This document shows, piece after piece, positions 63,811 through 64,000 of a DNA stretch of 64,000 nt (within the stretch, counting starts at the first letter, position 1; every line of letters starts with the position of its first letter). Location of the stretch: assembly GCA_020723505.1 (NCBI GenBank), contig DYIT01000001.1:8530-72529 (forward strand), read 5' to 3'. This DNA comes from Candidatus Kuenenia stuttgartensis. Lineage in GTDB: Bacteria > Planctomycetota > JAKEIC01 > DYIT01. Made by a program: the position numbers and the translations under genes. Under the pieces are notes generated by a model. It did not search any database and was not told where the DNA came from. It saw only the letters and a program-made list of their open reading frames with translations.

Positions 63811-64000
63811 ATGTCTCAGAGCACGACTCTCATAGGAAGAAAGCTGGGCGGCTTCGAGATACTCGACATCATCGGCGAAGGCGGCATGGGAACCGTCTTC
63901 CGGGCCGTCCAGAGCAACCTCGGGCGGCAGGTGGCCCTCAAGGTCCTGCGCAAGAGGCTCCTCTCGAAGAACCGCGAGTTCGCCGCGAGGTTCCTTCGGG
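63811..64000 (+). CDS. Ser/Thr protein kinase, 5' partial (runs off the window)
   Basis: Hand translation from ATG 63811: MSQSTTLIGRKLGGFEILDIIGEGGMGTVFRAVQSNLGRQVALKVL. It carries the Gly-rich loop GxGxxG and the VALK catalytic Lys motif of Hanks-type kinases. Confidence 0.8.
   Translation, partial: MSQSTTLIGRKLGGFEILDIIGEGGMGTVFRAVQSNLGRQVALKVLRKRLLSKNREFAARFLR

Overview
Densely coding, high-G+C bacterial chromosomal DNA. Hand counts give about 70% G+C in a typical coding line, against about 34-40% in two short AT-rich islets. Bacterial origin is supported by uvrA, an LpxL-type acyltransferase, a sigma-54 activator and a prfB gene with its programmed +1 frameshift. I see no rRNA, tRNA, CRISPR array, transposase or integrase, so the window looks like core genome rather than a mobile island.

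Recognisable content:
- a heterodimeric ABC exporter pair
- an archaeal-type topoisomerase VI operon (top6B/top6A)
- a histidyl-tRNA synthetase fused to a class III nucleotidyl cyclase
- pdaD-speB (pyruvoyl arginine decarboxylase and agmatinase)
- a TPR protein
- an acyltransferase / LolA-like / B12-radical-SAM operon
- an NtrB/NtrC-type two-component pair, next to a secreted PT-repeat/HEAT protein whose gene has a near-consensus sigma-54 promoter
- small membrane proteins, including two DUF2752 paralogues
- a macro-domain protein
- uvrA-queE-queC, uppP, an HU/IHF protein and dapB
- a four-gene minus-strand cluster: a 1171-aa GlmS-like amidotransferase, a HAD hydrolase, an alkaline-phosphatase-fold enzyme and an ArnT/PMT-like glycosyltransferase
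- FHA, DUF4388 and PAS signalling proteins
- a tandem esterase and a thiolase
- two large vWA proteins
- a translationally coupled pair of oversized proteasome-beta-like (Ntn) paralogues
- a stand-alone NnrE, a double-FHA protein and the 5' end of a Ser/Thr kinase

The most unusual items are the active/inactive proteasome-like pair (58948-61103) in its vWA/FHA/kinase neighbourhood, the HisRS-cyclase fusion, and the double-length GlmS-like protein.

Many long ORFs in the six-frame track are antisense or off-frame shadows typical of high-G+C DNA and were rejected. All functional calls rest on motifs read by eye. No database search was possible.
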